Below the pieces are notes generated by a model that saw nothing but the letters and a program-made list of their open reading frames with translations, did no database searches and was not told where the DNA came from. A program made the translations under genes and the position numbers. Positions 53,278 through 53,728 of a stretch of 53,728 bases of DNA are shown here, one piece after another; position 1 is the first letter of the stretch; each line of letters starts with the position of its first letter. Origin of the DNA: Escherichia phage ES2-BCU-3; sequence record PV733669.1. One strand, written 5' to 3'.

Positions 53278-53728
53278 TTAATATCATGTTTGCAATGGGT
53301 CAGGAAGGCGAATTTGGCCGCTCGCTTGAACTGCACCGTAAGCTGGTTAGTGAAGCCAAAACCGCAGAAGAGGTCCGTCTGCTTCCATTATCCGGTCTCC
53401 CATGGAAGTGTCCGAGTGACATGCTGTTTTTCAGGACTATGACTAATTCAATCGCAACAGAACCAGGCTATAATGCCTTTGAGCAACTCCGGGGTCTCTT
53501 CCCACAGGAGCATCTGCTCAATATGATTCGCGATGTGACAAGCAGAATGGTCGGTCATAGTGTATTGTTAGCCGGTGTGAAAACGTATCAGACTATGAGC
53601 TTACCTATGACAGCCCACCGAATACTGCTGCCGGTGTCTCATTCTATCTTGGCTTCAGAAGGCTACAACAATATAGGTGAGTTGGCAGCAGCACTTGAAG
53701 ACCGTGGTTCAGACGTTTGGGTTGTTGG
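53274..53728 (+). CDS. Dihydrofolate reductase, 5' portion (runs off the window end; continues at 1..344)
   Basis: GTG 53274 overlapping the upstream stop (GTGA) with GGAGG 7 nt upstream (alternative ATG 53286); LPWKCPSDMLFFRTMT matches the DHFR PWxxPxDxxxF region. Confidence 0.7.
   Translation, partial: MINIMFAMGQEGEFGRSLELHRKLVSEAKTAEEVRLLPLSGLPWKCPSDMLFFRTMTNSIATEPGYNAFEQLRGLFPQEHLLNMIRDVTSRMVGHSVLLAGVKTYQTMSLPMTAHRILLPVSHSILASEGYNNIGELAAALEDRGSDVWVV
53602..53728. repeat. Terminal direct repeat, copy 2 (identical to 1..127)
   Basis: Exact 127-bp match to the window start. Confidence 0.9.

Noticed and set aside
1-53728. Temperate lifestyle (integrase, repressor, attachment site)
   Set aside because: No recombinase, CI-like repressor or att-like repeat was recognised; the gene content looks lytic.
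1-53728. Phage-encoded single-subunit RNA polymerase
   Set aside because: No ORF of suitable size or motifs; all promoters found resemble host sigma70 sites.

Overview
The window appears to be a complete ~53.6 kb tailed dsDNA phage genome written as a wrap-around contig: bases 1..127 are repeated exactly at 53602..53728, and a dihydrofolate reductase gene reads across that junction. All calls below rest on by-eye motif recognition and gene order; no database search was run. Layout: (i) plus strand 53274 -> 1928, nucleotide metabolism (DHFR, P-loop kinase-like protein); (ii) plus strand 2044..28132, late region from promoters of the form TTTACA-N17-TATAAT: terminase, portal, scaffold, major capsid, a 989-aa virion protein, two Ig-like proteins, contractile-tail-type sheath/tube/tape measure/baseplate/fibre genes, and a lysis cassette (2-TM holin, SAR lysozyme, overlapped spanins); (iii) minus strand 28145..45025, replication and recombination: proofreading family A DNA polymerase, ThyA-family enzyme, MazG-like pyrophosphohydrolase, SF2 helicase, Cys-cluster PD-(D/E)XK nuclease, dCMP deaminase, RecA-like ATPase, many small unknowns; (iv) plus strand 45148..48887: primase-helicase and an Hjc-like resolvase; (v) minus strand 48880..51645: an operon of small early genes separated by hairpins with conserved flanks but covarying stems. 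No integrase, repressor, RNA polymerase, tRNA or CRISPR array was recognised, so the phage looks virulent and dependent on host RNA polymerase. The most unusual signals are non-coding: the covarying intergenic hairpins, an iteron-like repeat array (51967..52226), an AT-rich block bounded by inverted repeats after the primase gene (48035..48342), a 460-bp ORF-free structured region inside the replication module (33626..34087), and a promoter family with a GTGTACATA -35 region. Gene starts that differ from the ORF track were moved to the first start codon with a Shine-Dalgarno sequence.
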